Below are positions 14,099 through 28,249 of a stretch of 64,000 bases of DNA, one piece after another. Each line of letters begins with the position of its first letter. Within the stretch, counting starts at the first letter, position 1. The stretch lies in NCBI RefSeq assembly GCF_009914755.1, contig NC_060932.1; one strand, given 5' to 3'. The notes beneath the pieces were generated by a model. It saw only the letters and a program-made list of their open reading frames with translations, had not been told where the DNA came from and searched no databases. The position numbers were made by a program, and so were the translations under genes. The stretch comes from the human T2T-CHM13v2.0 reference genome, Homo sapiens.

Positions 14099-16280
14099 TA
14101 TCAGGTGTTAAAAAATACAATTAGTTTAACATGATATACACAGAATACAAAGATGCTCTTCTTATCTTTGGAAATTTAATGTATGGGCTGAATTCTTTCA
14201 CTTTAATTTTTAAAAAGTTATTTCTCAAAAATCTGTTAGTTTTAGACCACATGGGAAATTCATAAGAACTCAGTTCATAGTGTTTTAACTCTAAAGCAAA
14301 TGCCATTTTAAAATTAAATGTTCCTATATAATGTCCAATAGATATTTGAATTTACACAGAAGAGATATAACTTTTTAAAATATTCTTTATCACACTATAC
14401 TCAATCATAAAATATTTCCACAAATAATCAAAACTTAATATACCACCAAATGAGAAATAAAGAGCTAGTTTAAAATTTGCTGGTGAAATCAAGTAATGTT
14501 ATTAAGAGCCCTCCTTAATAAAAATTCCCTGTGTTCTTTTGTTACTTCCAATTTCATTAATTGCTGAGGGTCTTTGGTTAGATATCATACCTGAGGTAAT
14601 TGAGTAAAGGGCACAGATCATGAATAAAATGAACAAACATAAATTCCCTCTTAGGACCTAAGGGCTGTGAGTATATTTCTAGACCTTAACATACAAGGCA
14701 AATATTCTAAATGCTGAAGAAAAATAAGACAAGTCCAAACTTTACAGTCATTCTTAAACAAATTGAATGTACAGAACAATACACCCTGATAATATACCAA
14801 AATTAATGGCTGATTTGGCTAAACAATTAGCAATGTCAAAGGAAAAGCTACAGCCATAAAACTTAGTTTAGTACAACTAAGTCTTGATGGATATTTGAAG
14901 TGTTTTATTTTCAGAAGACTATGTTGGAATAATAAGAACAACATGTCTTAGTAAAAGTTGGGTCAACATAGTTTTGGTTGGCTCTTCAAGAATAAAAGAA
15001 TTTATATCATTCTAAACTATGTTAAACCTGTAAACATGATAAAGAGAAAATATTAACTTTCAGAAGGAAAAGATTTTATGTGGTTAACCTGTCAATGTAT
15101 AAATTCTATAAATATTATATTTAATATCATCTTTACTTCTCAATTGCAATTAAAACAGGGATTGGAATATTTATATATGAAGTAGGGAAATTCAATGTGA
15201 ATGAGAGTACACCTAAGAAGAACTAGTCAGATCCAGAGTCAAGAAAAAATGTTTTCAAATGTTTTAAGTCACTCATTCCCCTAGGGGGAAGCAAACATGA
15301 ATATCTCCAGCAATTTATTTCTTATGTATCCTTAGCTGTCTACAATAAATAGCCATCAAAACCAAGATTTGACTGAGTCAACATAAGCTTTCAGAATAAT
15401 ACACATGAAGAAATCTTACAGAGTTCTGTGGTCATAAGTATTTTTCTCTCTCTTCCCTCTCCCCACCAAACTCTCATCACTCCACAATCATCACTATCCT
15501 CATAGCAGGAAGATTCATCTAACTTCATTCAAGACTAAACCTGGACATGAAATATCTTAAGTAAAAATACGAATGTTCTTTCAAACATATTTATCTATAA
15601 AAATATGTCATTGTTTTGCAAACTTTCATTTTCATAAAATCACTTTTAAACATAGAAAAACTGATGCTTTAAATTAGAGTTCTCTTTATGTCCTCATTGA
15701 CATGGTAGGAATCATGTACAGAGTTGAGAAGTTGGCATTTTAGAGGTTTCGATCAGAAACTAATCAAAGAACACTCAATATGTGCAAAATTGCTGCAGAA
15801 ATTTGTTTCAGCAGACAAACTCTCCCCTTTCTTATGAAGCTCACAATCCTACAAGAAAAAGAAGACCAACATGTCATCACCTGAAGATATAACTGTTTGG
15901 CAATATTTAGAATACAAATCTGAGATATCAGAAATATAATTTAAAGAAGCAATTGTTAATGGTCCATTTGAAATATCATAAGATGACTTTTAATACAAGA
16001 ATCAATTTTGCATATTCTCATTGTACTTTATGGACTCTAATGAGAAGTATCTGTTAACTTAATTCTTCACTGATTACACAGGAAAATAAGGTCAGATAAG
16101 ACCCTGTACTATTTTTCCGATATGTTCAGTCTATAAGTACAATCTCATCACTCAACAGCAAACCTCATTTATAGGAGTTTCACATCAGAGAACAATTTTG
16201 TTACTGACATGGTTAACACCAAATGATGACAATGTTGACATAAACTAAGTCTACAGGGTTCTGCTTCTAATATTCCAATA

Positions 16281-16641
16281 CAGTGCTCCTCCATATCCTC
16301 CGGTGATCCATTTCAAGACCCCTAGTGGATGCCTGAAACCGTGGGTAGTACCAAACTCTGTATATACTATGTTTTCTCGATCTGATAACCAAGATGGCTA
16401 CTAAATGACTTGCAGCAGGCAGGCAGAGTGCACAGCATGAATACAGTGGACAAAGAGAGGATTCACGTTTTGGGTCGGATGGCACAAGATTTTATCATGC
16501 CACTCTGAATGCCTCTGAATTTAAAACTTATACATTGTTTATTTCTGGAACTTTCCATGTAATATTTTTGTGTAGAGGTTGACTGCAGGTAACTGACACC
16601 ACAGAAAACCAAACCAAACTGTGTATAAGGGGCAACTATTG
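16281..16641 (+). mobile_element. MER44 (Tigger7-family) DNA transposon MITE
   Basis: TA|cagt...ctattg|TA ends. Internal ttcaagacccctagtggatgcctgaaacc and aatttaaaacttatacattgtttatttctgga. Confidence 0.8.
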
Positions 16642-17384
16642 TAACCTCTTTTGACAAGAGGGATCATGAATGTGTGTGTACAATGTTATCGCGTCTATTT
16701 ACATTCTTCTACACCAAGCACATTCATGATAAAGCCAATATAAAGTTATTAATTCATATTTTGGAAATGAAATCTGGAAAAATAAAAGAGCTAAATGAAG
16801 TAGTACAGCTAAGACAGTACACTGTCCAGAATTTTCAAACATGGATCCAGCAAGGAAACAAAGGATAGTTTTAATGGCCAATAAACAGTGAATTCACACT
16901 GATTGCCTGCCTGGCCTCATGAAGAAGCATCTGGGTTAAGTCCATACTACAGGCTCTCAACTGGAATAATGGAAATGAAAGTACTTTGTAAATTATAAAA
17001 GTTGAAAGAGTGGGATAAAGAGTGGAGTCAGCTGGAGCTCTTTCAGTGTATTTGAGCCCTGAAGCAGCACCCATAAGTGGTTATTTCATTCCTCACAGAA
17101 TAATGAACTTAATTATTGTGCATGTGGCTGTTTTCTGACTTCCAGAAAAGAGAGAGTATGAACTTCCTCAAGAATGCCGTGGACTGATATTGATAAAGAT
17201 GGAGGCTTTGGATAAAAACAGAAATAAATACAAGGCAGCAGAGTAAGACTCCATCTCACCAGAGATCTGAATTCAGAAGTCAGTAAGAACATTATATTCC
17301 TGAAATGGCATAAGATGCCCTAGTAAGGAGGCCAAATATTTAATTCCTAGCTAAGAATAATAAAACATTCCTGCTTTCATATAC

Positions 17385-17505
17385 ATAAGAGTTACCTGGG
17401 AGCTTATCTTAAAATGCACTTTCTTTTGGTCTTGCCCTAAGAAATTCTCATTTATTAGATGATTTTGATGCCAATAGTCTTCTGAGCACACCTTGAAAAT
17501 CACTG
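17385..17505. mobile_element. MER5-type hAT fragment
   Basis: acctgggagcttatcttaaaatgca...gattttgatgc...cacaccttgaaaatcactg. Confidence 0.5.
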
Positions 17506-19307
17506 AACTCAGGCCCTCATATAGAGCCTTCAAGGCTCTTACTTATCACATAATTCTTAATAAGCAACTAAACGGAAAGATCCTTGAGGGTAAGTCTTTT
17601 TCATCTTTGTATTCCACAAATTATCTAAACTATTATTTAGTTAATTATTTATTATCTATTGGATGATATCCCTAAATATCTGTAAAATGAATGAAATCAA
17701 TCCCAGCTCAGAAATACATTCTAAACTTTTGATAATACCCAATTTGCCTATAGATCTATCTTCACAATCAGATAACTCATTGTGCTTGTTTTATTTTTTA
17801 AATAGTTTTCCTGGCTCATTGAAAGGCACTGCATGAAGTATGCCAGATGATAGTCAGAACAATCCCTTATGTATGTAACATGCATGACAATTTCAATGGT
17901 ACTCTCATGTCCATCATCCAATTTAATAATGAGAAAAAGGAAGACTAAAACATTGTTTCTGTTTTCAAGGAGATTACAATTTAGTGATAACATATTAACA
18001 CAGAAACATGCCAGAAAAAAAAGAACACATAATTGGAAGCCAAATTGTATGATTTCAGACTATAAACAGCTGAGTTCTTCAGAGGGAAGGGGGCTTCCAT
18101 GGGGCTTGGAGTCGTTAAGGAGGGCTTTGTAGAGAAGGTAGGACGTCCTTCAAGGATAGATTTCATTTAGATAGTTAAAGAAAAGATAAACCGTGTGAGA
18201 AAAATAAGATGAGTAAGGAAAGGAGACATAAATCAATCTTAAAGCAAGGCTCTTGATATTAAGAATGTATATCCAGAGCAAATCCAATTCATCAGGGATT
18301 GATTAAGGAAGGCAGCTAGTCCAAAAAAAAAAAAAAAAAACAAAAACAAAAAACCTGACAAAGGAAGTAAGGGACCAACCTGTACTTATATTTGGTGAGG
18401 AAATGTTCACTCATTCACAAGAATATAAAGTAGAAGTGTATATAAATCTGCTATGTCTATTTTGTAAACTTTGTGAATTTCATCATCTATAGAAAATACA
18501 GTATACTATTTGTCTTATGTTGTAATTCTAAAAGTATTCTTATAGTCCTAATTTTCCAAGTGAAAAATATATGTATATATATTTATCTTTTTTCTATATT
18601 ATATTATCATATATTTAAAATATTTATATATGTGTATATTATTCAGGGGTCCTAAATGACTCTGGACTTATCCAATTATGCTACATATAGAGATCAGAGC
18701 TAGCTCAGGGACCTATGCCCTTCATGAACCTAAGCTTCAACATTAAACATGAAACTGAGAAACATGTAGTGATTAGCTTCAGGCTACTGTGATAACATTG
18801 TTGACTTGCATGTTGCTTATGATGTGTCTTGGAATGTTTTGGCTTCCTTCTATCAGCTTTAGAAAGTTGTATGCTGACTCACTTCATCATTTGGGAATTA
18901 AACATTGTGTCCTTGTGGGGCAAACACTCTTTTTTAAGAAAGTGCAGTATTATGTGCTTTACTGTGAGAAACTGTGTGTCTGTTCCAATATTGTATGGTG
19001 AGCAATAAAGAATCAAACTGAAAGAGCTGGCTCTTTAGCTTTCTTTTTCTTCCAAATTATTTCATTTTTGGTGTGACTGGACCTTAAACCACTTGCCCCA
19101 AAGAATTCATTTTAATTCAGTGCCACTCACATGTACCACTGGTGGTTTTTCGAAATAATGGTAAGTAATACACAAATAGACATTTTAATTTTAATAATAA
19201 ATTGAATGTGTCCATCCCATCCACTCCACTTAACTTCCCATTCTACTGATACATTTATTCTAAAAGGTGAGATAACGTAGACAAAGCTATACAAATAAAC
19301 CACTGGG

Positions 19308-19720
19308 GTAGTAGCCACTTGCGGTTCCTCATGCCGCATCTCCTCTTTGGTCCCATGATTTCAGGACAGCTATGGTAGACCATTCCATATACATTGCCAT
19401 TCTCCCATCTTCAGCAAACTAAAGTAGCAGAGTGCTCCCAAGCTGTGTTACATCACTCAGTATAAGCACAGGTAGCCAAGGATTTCAAGGGAGTTAATGC
19501 CCCTAGGGACACCAATCAAAAAGTGGGGAATAAAAACCAATAGAAAAATGTTCCAGGCTCTTATCTTCTAATGGAATATTTCTGAGGCATCTTCAAAATG
19601 ATTCTTCAAAAGGTCCTCAGCATTACTGAGCCCCTATTCTTCATACTGGAAACCAACTCACATACCCTTCACCAACTTTTCCGCCTTCCTTGTCCCACTA
19701 CTTGAACTTCCTCACTTTTA
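19308..19720 (+). mobile_element. LTR16-family LTR, 3'-truncated
   Basis: Shares motifs with the LTR at 11028 (cagctatggtaga.., gggagttaatgccc, ttctgaggc, ttccttgtc). Abuts a MER47. Confidence 0.55.
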
Positions 19721-19722
19721 CA

Positions 19723-20012
19723 AAGTTGAAAATATTGTAGGTTGAAGATGTATTTAATACACCTAAACTAGTGAACATTGTAGCTTAGCCTAGCCTGCAT
19801 TAACCATGCTCAGAACACTTACAGTAGCTTATAGTTAAGCAAAATCATCTAACACAAAGCCTGTTTATGAAAGAGTGCTGAATATATCATGTAATTTATT
19901 GAATACTGTACCAAAGTACAGTTTCTACTGAATCTGTATTGCTTCATACCACAGTAAAGTCAAAAAATCATAAGTATTATGAATCAAACTATGGAAAGTC
20001 AGGGAACATTTG
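19723..20012 (+). mobile_element. MER47 (Tigger5-family) DNA transposon, 5'-truncated
   Basis: aagttgaaaatattgta...tagcttagcctagcct...gctcagaacacttaca...caaaatcatctaacacaaagcct...catgtaatttattgaatactgtac. Confidence 0.8.
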
Positions 20013-20685
20013 CATTTCCAATCAGAAGTTGCTTTCTAAACTATAGAAGAGGTAACATTGCATATGTATGTCAGTTAAAATACTTTTAATATAGCACAAA
20101 TTTCATGAATTGCAGAAAAAAATAATTGTTTCTCTATACTCCTGAACCATAAACGATCTTGTTATTTCAACTTAACTTTGTTCAAATTCTCCCCTGTGTA
20201 ATTTATAAGTATTTTACTCTTATAATATAATAATTGCATCTGTAAAATAGAGATAGAAACACGTCTAATTCATGAATGAATTATGAGAATTAAATTAAGT
20301 TACATTTAAAAGTAGTTATAAGATACAAGGCCCATAGTTTGCACTCAACATTTCCTAACAATTACTAATCAGACTCAATAAAAGGAATTCCAAATATCTG
20401 AAGCCATAAATACTCATTGAGAAATGCTGGGTACAAGGCACCTTCCTTAGTGCTACAATAAGACAAAAGAGGAAATAAGAATTGTCCTCAAGAATCTTAC
20501 AATCTAGCTGAAGAGACCAAATACATACATTTTAAATTTAGGTAACAGTACAAGGTTTAACTAGCAGTCTAAGACACCAGGAGAAGAAAAAAGGAAGTAC
20601 CTGATAAATTCCCCAATCATTAACATAAACAATAATGGTCATGAAATTTCAGAAGAGAGAGATAAATTACTCCAGTCTAAACTAG

Positions 20686-21052
20686 TATCTTATTTTGTTA
20701 CCTGCTACAACAAAATATCAGATCAGGGTAGCTTATAAACAACAGCAATGTATGTCTCACAGTTCTAGAGTCCAGAAAGTTCAAGTCCAAGGCACTAGTA
20801 CATTTGGAGTCTGGTGAGGGCTGCTTCCTAGGTTCATAGCTGGTGCTTTCCTGTTATGTCCTCACATCGCAGAAGAGCCAAACGGGCTCCCTTGGGCCTA
20901 TTTTATAAGGACACTAATCCTGTTCATGAGGGCCCCATCCTCAAGATTTAATCATCTCCCAAAGACACCACCTAATACTAGCACACTGGTAATTAGATTT
21001 CAACATATGAATTTGGTGGTGGTAAGGAGCCACAAATCTTCAGATCATAGCA
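20686..21052 (-). mobile_element. MaLR solo LTR (MLT1A-like)
   Basis: gcttataaacaacag...tctcacagttctag...tctggtgagggc...atttcaacatatgaattt...tcagatcatagca. Near-TSD actag/gctag. Confidence 0.8.
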
Positions 21053-21316
21053 GCTAGCAAGAAAAGACTTTGAGGAGGCAGTGAGATATGTGCTGAATGT
21101 TAAATGGTAGTAAAATATGAAAGGGCAGAGAAGGTATGGGGTGGAGTAGACAGAAAAGGAGACATTCAAAAAATGCCTGAGCTAAAGTAATGAGAAGGAA
21201 TAAGATGGTGTGGAGACAGACAAGTGAGATAGAAACTGGAAACTTGTTTACCATAGAATATCAAGAGTAGAATAGATCTAAAGTCAGGTAATGCTCATTC
21301 AAAAAAGGAAATTTAG

Positions 21317-21736
<420 letters not shown>

Positions 21737-22123
21737 TTAACTTTTTTTCTGGTTTAGAATAATGGTAGTAGTATCTTGGCAACTTTTCTGTAAATCTAAA
21801 ATTATTCCAAAAGAATATGTTTACTAAATAAGTAAATGTTGGTAATAGAAGTCCAAAAGAAAAGTAGTTTGATCTAGAATATTTCTCCTATAAGGCCCCA
21901 GATTATTTTGGCACTAAAGTTTTTTTAAATTAACCAAATGGCAAAATTATTTAAATTCTCTTTTCAAAATGACTAACAATGCTCATAATTCTTAAATCAT
22001 AATTTGAGTGCAGCAGGGCTTTTATTGCAAGGATCTTTTTAAATGACTATCCCTTGAGTCAGTCAGTTTCATGTTTTCTTATGTAGCAATATAAGCCAGA
22101 AAAGTCCATCTCAATTCCAAACT

Positions 22124-22154
22124 ACACACACACACGCACACACACACACACACA
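22124..22154. repeat. (CA)n microsatellite with one interruption
   Basis: acacacacacacgcacacacacacacacaca. Confidence 0.9.
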
Positions 22155-22323
22155 TTGCCAAATTACAGAATTTTCAGAAGTATAAATCATAGGAAGCACA
22201 GGGTCAACACAAACATCTTTCTTCACTTCATACACACATTTATTCATCAACTAAAATATATAACCTACCTACCACTCATGACTTTGGTTATGCTTTTCCA
22301 ATATGAAATGGATACCAATTGAC

Positions 22324-22371
22324 TCCATTTCATTAGCAGTTTCTAATTTCATTTCATTAGCAGTTCCTAAT
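22324..22371. repeat. 24-bp tandem duplication (2 copies)
   Basis: tccatttcattagcagtttctaat / ttcatttcattagcagttcctaat, 2 mismatches. Confidence 0.85.
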
Positions 22372-25300
22372 GACTCTGGCTTTGCCAAGTTGTCCTCAGA
22401 GAAACTCCATCACTGATGATTAAATGGATTTCAACTTTTACCCCACACTCCATACCTTGAATGTTAAATGTCTCATGCCCTCGGCTATTATGACAGGTGA
22501 CATGATTGTGACAACTTCTAACTTTTACGGAAGACTAACTCTTGAGCTGAAAAAACTCTGAAAAATAGGCAATAATACCAACAATTAGAATAGTTGTTTG
22601 GTTAGCTTCTAAGTCCTATTTGTCATGGTTGGATAGATGTGTACAAAACTATTTTGAGACATTACCGCAACAGACAGATAAAGAGAAGAAAAATAGAATT
22701 TAAAAAAGATCAATGAGAAGTCTTCCAAATAGCACATTCTGGGTTAGATTTATTGGGGGAATGGTTTTTAAGAGTTTAATATTAAATATTTCATGTGAGT
22801 ACCATTACTTCATTCACAATCAGTCATTTTCTTAGGGAGGAATGCAATTGGCCACCAGAAGGATCTGAGACAATTGAAAGAATCTGTCCCTTTGCTTGGC
22901 ATATTGAACACATTGTTTTAATGCCAACATATGAAGGATGTGAAAACACTGATTTCCATGGCCAGGTGGCAAACTACAACTTGGGCAAATTGGGTTGTTG
23001 CTGAGTTTGCCATTACTTATTGATCATCTAGGCTATATCTCATGATGCCCTTCTGCTTGCTGATCAGAAATGGCAATGAAGATGATTATAAAATAATCAT
23101 TCTATAATTATAACAGTATAAAATACCGTTCTTTAATTTCTTATGTCAGTTGCATATATTTGGGATTTTTATCAAAATTTAATATTGCCATGGATTATGA
23201 TTGACATGATATAGTCAAATAGAAGAGCTAGAGGGTTTGGGACCTAGCATCAAAACTGCTGCCTACATGAAGCAGACACTAAGAAGAAAGTATTGAGGTG
23301 ATGGTCATCTATCTGTGGAAGCAGAGAAAGAATTCAGTCCAATAGGGAAAATGTCAAACACATAATCAACTGAAGGCAATAAATAAGTAGTCAGATGGAG
23401 ACCATTTATAATTCCAGGGAATTCTCCAAGACTAAACAGTGTCTGTGCTTAAAACAATTGACTGTGCCTTCTGAGAATGTAAAATTAGTAAGCATTTCTG
23501 TCTTGGTTTTATGTGCTTTGTATAGAGGTGATATGTAATGGCCCTCTCTTCCTCTTCTCAGCCTTGAGTTTTATTCTCCTCTTCCAAACCATCTCAACCC
23601 CTACACCTCATACCCAACACACAACTCAAAGAAGTAAAACTTAAAGACGAGGGTGAGAATATTTGTTTCAAACATTTCTTGATAATAAAATATACCAATC
23701 ATTTAGTAATTTTCTTTTCTTAGACTGAGTCAAAAGTGCCTGCTCCAAAACCTCTGGGACAAGCTGCTGCATCAAAATGTCACAGGAGCTACAAGCTTAT
23801 TTACCATGATGGCCTCAAGGCAGCTTTAAAATGTCTTCTGATCTTTCTCATCATCTTTCTCTTTCTTCTTCTCTACCTCCTTCTCTACCATTATTTTCTT
23901 CCTATTCATTCTCTTTCTGATCCTTCACAGAGCGTTATTTAAAACATGGTACTAAAACATCAGGGAGGGACAAAGTGGGCTTATTAATAGAGATTCTTCA
24001 TGCTTTAATCAAGCAATATTTTCCTAAACAGGGAATATTTCCCAGAAAAGATTCTAAAAGCTTATTCAATTTGCCACTGTTTTGATCAAAAAAAGCAATA
24101 TATGTCAGAACTTAAATCTATAATTTTTAACATTAAAAACACATAAACATAAAGCTACACTTTCTCTATATCTGTTATTGCAGATTGAAGTAAAGATCTT
24201 TATTCAATTAAAGATTGACTTTATATATTTAAGGAGGATTAATGGATACATTGATGAACAGATAGATAGAGAGATAGAGAAATAGATCAACCCAGCCAGA
24301 CAGATAAGCAGATATTATTTGAATATTTAAGTTGCTAAACAATGACTTAAATGCTCTTTAAAAATGTTTTTAGGGTTACTCTTGGCACACTTTTTCCTCC
24401 TACTATTCTCACTACAAGTTCACTTTCTAGAAGTCTCATCGAAACTTCCACAAGTTCATAAGTTGCCTTTCAGACATCCCTCATCTTCCACTCTCACCCC
24501 TCTTGCTAAAAAAAGGCAACTAACTCATTCCACACACTATCATCTGCCAGAAGCAATTTCTGCATTTGTTTTTTATTACCACAGTAGGATTTCACATTCT
24601 GCAAGCTTCCATTTCTGAAACAACACAAAACAAATAGAAAAGTTTATCTCATCAGATTTTAGAAAAAGTCATCAGATGCAAATGTGCTGAAATAATGGAA
24701 ATGCAGCAAAAAGAGTGATCTCTGCCAATAATTTGGCATTAATGCAAAGTGCCCTAAGGCAAAATGTAATGCCTCTGTTTTCAAGTGAATTGAAATCTGA
24801 AGTCCCAAATACATATTTTTACGGTGTGAAACAGGAGGAAATGTAGTTTGTATTCCCCTGGACTTCACCAGCCTATGGGCATAAACTAAGTCACATTAAG
24901 GTTAACATGCAATTTCACTGGGTGGCTAACCTCCCTACCTAAAACAGAGAACCTCAGCCTCCCCTTCAGATATTTCCTGCAGGGTGGGTATCACACTGCT
25001 CAGGGCTTATCTTGTTCTTCAACCTCAGCCTCCTTTTTGACTCAAAGCCACAAAAGGATAGCACTTCTTGCTGCCATGGCTTCTGGTTCCCCTCATGATA
25101 ATGCAGCTTTACCCAAGGAATCATCTCTTCTGACTTCAAAAGTTGCAAAAATTTCCATTGTCATAAAGAACTGCACTTATTTCCCTGCTCCATGTAAATA
25201 TCCCCTATCTCCTACATCATATCATCTTTTGCCATAACCTTGGTTCCAATGTCACTGCTTTTTCACTGTGTATAAGAATGACTCATGAAAATAGGCTGTC

Positions 25301-28249
25301 AGTTTCCACTGCAAATGCTCTCTTGCTAGAAGATCAAATCCAGCCCGGGTCCACCCTGTCTTCTGCCTCCTCCACCTCTGCTCTCAGGCACTCAATCACA
25401 AAAAACTTCCATCTCTAGCATATCTTCCCCCCAATATAAGTCAACTCGCAAAGGTAAATAGCAGGCACTGGCTCTCCAGAACAGCAGACTGAATTGCAGT
25501 GTCGATTCAGTGAAAATTACAATTGTATTGAAAACAGGCTGTTTGAGAAACAAAGTAGATATGCTAATTTCCTTCTTCTTTTTGGAACATAGAAGAAGAG
25601 TAAATGTCAAAGAAAAGAAAAACTCAAGGGATCCCTAGCTTACTTCAAATCTGAGTTCAACCCTACCCAAACAAGAAGTACTAACACCAACTAACATCAG
25701 ATATCACTTATGGCTTCAGAATGTCTTTCAATCAGCAACAGCCTCAAGCATTCAGATGACATGAGTGAGGGGCAGAGCCAGAATGAAACAAAACATATTT
25801 GGCTGTCATTAGACTATAAATGACTAAAAAGAAAAATAATCTACTTAGTGTGGCCAACTAATATCTGATAAAGCTGAGGTGGAATTTTGAAATCAAACAG
25901 GGAGATTTAACTGTTAAGATCCTAAAAGCAAACATATTCACTGGTCTTTATTCTGCCTTCCAGCTGTTATTTTGAAATCCTGTAGACTGGACTGAGATTA
26001 CAAAGCATTCTACCCAACAAACCTAGACCTACTGACTTTTTTCTTTTTTTCTTTTTTTTTTTTTTTTTTAGTGCATTTGGAGGGAAGCCACAGAGTCCAC
26101 ACTCCACTTTCCATAGCCGTTAACTGATGGATTCACAAAATTCAATTTTGTGGTGAAAGGCTGCAGCCTCTCTCCATGTTTTAGAGACCATCAAATTATT
26201 CATTCTCTCCTTTCACAGTGATCTCAAGAGAGAGTAACGTCTAAATCTCCACCTGCAGGTAAATAAACAGAACTTTCATAAGCAAATGAAGAATGCAAAC
26301 CAGAAGTTTAATCTTGGTTTGTACATGCAAATCAAAAAGCAGCAGCTCAGCCAGGCTTCCTGAACCCAGTAAGACCAGAGTCAAGTAACATTCTTTAAAT
26401 GGAATCCTGGAAGCTTATTTCCCTCTTTGTGTATTACCTCTCCTGGAGAAATTTCTCCAGCAATTAAAGGTGTCAAATTCATGCAGAGTGCCTGTTACAC
26501 AGAGAAAACCGCACACAGAAAATTGGGAGACACATCGCAGCATCAAGTACTGTAATTAAGAAAATTGTTTTTATGCTTTTCTATGAATATGAATGACTGA
26601 ATAAATGACTGAGCAACACCACAGCCTCTTCATTACTAAGACAGTCAGAGACCAGAAGAGGCTCCTGGGTCTTCAGGAGATCTGAGGAGGGTTAGAAGGA
26701 GGAATAGGGTCAGAAGCCAATTGATCTCAGTAAAACATAGGAGCCTGTACACTTGCAAACCGAAGATAAAAATAAATGAAATGTGCAGCCCAGGTGCAGG
26801 TGCTGAAACATAGCCTGAGTCAGAGATAGGAAATAAACTGTCACAGCTGGAAGGTACCTAGGAAAGGTGTGGGATCTATACTGTGAAAGTGGACTGTCAG
26901 CTCCCTGACCTTAACGCTGCTCTTGATCCTGGCTCTTAACTCCTACCCTACTAGGAACATTTACAAATTTCTCTGTGTTCACCTCTTTGTGCTTCTCCAG
27001 AAATCAGGGCTGGTGTAAACTGGAAGTTCTAAAAGGCTGAGAAAGAAGCAGAGAGACACTGAACTGGGCTCTCAGAAATGCCCCATGCCTACCTGGCAGA
27101 AATGGGGAAGGTCTTGGTCAAGAGTCACCTTTGGGAAAGCATGGAGGAGGAACTAAAGGCTGAAAAGGGGGATTTGAGAGGCAAATGGAACCCAACATAC
27201 CAGGGGCAAATGAACAGCCAAGGAAGAGGAATTAGGGCCCCTTACTTGGGTATTGTTTGCAACAAAGAGGAATAGTTGCATGGTTCTAGCTCACAATTTC
27301 CCTGTTAGACTTGGTGACATATTCCAAACCAATCTTCAAATTTATTTTGCAATGTTCTAGATTTCCTTGAGTTCAGTCTTTCAGATTAAAGACGTCTTTA
27401 AAGATACAATTAGGAGCATTTAAACTTATGGCTCTGGTGTTCATTGTGAGGAAATATTTATAATAGATAGCAATTAGAAATAATCTAAAAATTCAACATT
27501 AGAAGATTAATTATAATTCTATAGATGGAATATTATGGGATCATTAAAATTATATAGTAGTAGTACTTAAGATATAAAGCAGCATTTGTGTAATATTCTG
27601 ATTTTATATACATGCACATGTAATTTCAACTTGCATTATTTGTATAGAAATTTTTAAACCCCTTTATTTTTATCAAGCCAAGACTCACTTGAGTAGCCCT
27701 TTTGGTTGTTGAGGTGTAGGAAACCAAAATCTTTTGTAACTTGAGCAGGTCATGATCTCAGAAGAGTTACTTGGGAACCCAGAGAACTTCTGAAAGTCAA
27801 AGGAACACAGCCTCAACACTGTTGCCTGAAAGAAGAACTTAGGAAGAAAGTCTGATGGGGCTTTCTGGAATTGCTCCGGTCAGGTTTCATTGGCAAAAAA
27901 TAGGAACAGGGCACCTGAAATAAATTTACCTTGACAAAAAGGTAGCTGTCTAGGCTTTTGACCCAGTCTTAAGAACACAGCCTAAGAGCGTATGTGGAAA
28001 GGCTGGTTCTAACAATGCATGCAGCTGATTTTGGAAATTCTCTGGAACCACCCCTTTGGGATACAGTGGTTGTGCACTCGGAAACATTGACTTAACTAAG
28101 ACAATAGTCCTTGGGAATCCAAGTGTAGAATTTAGATGAAGCAGAATATGAAAGACATGCATGCCATCTGCCCTTTCAATTTAGGACTGGCCAGCTCCAG
28201 CATATGCACCAATTGAACCAGTTCTGAATGACTCCATAGCTACTGCTTT

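Noticed and set aside
18323-18353. Orphan A-rich tract as a retroposon tail
   Set aside because: No element body or TSD found, so it is treated as a simple repeat. The same applies to the T tract at about 26036-26069.
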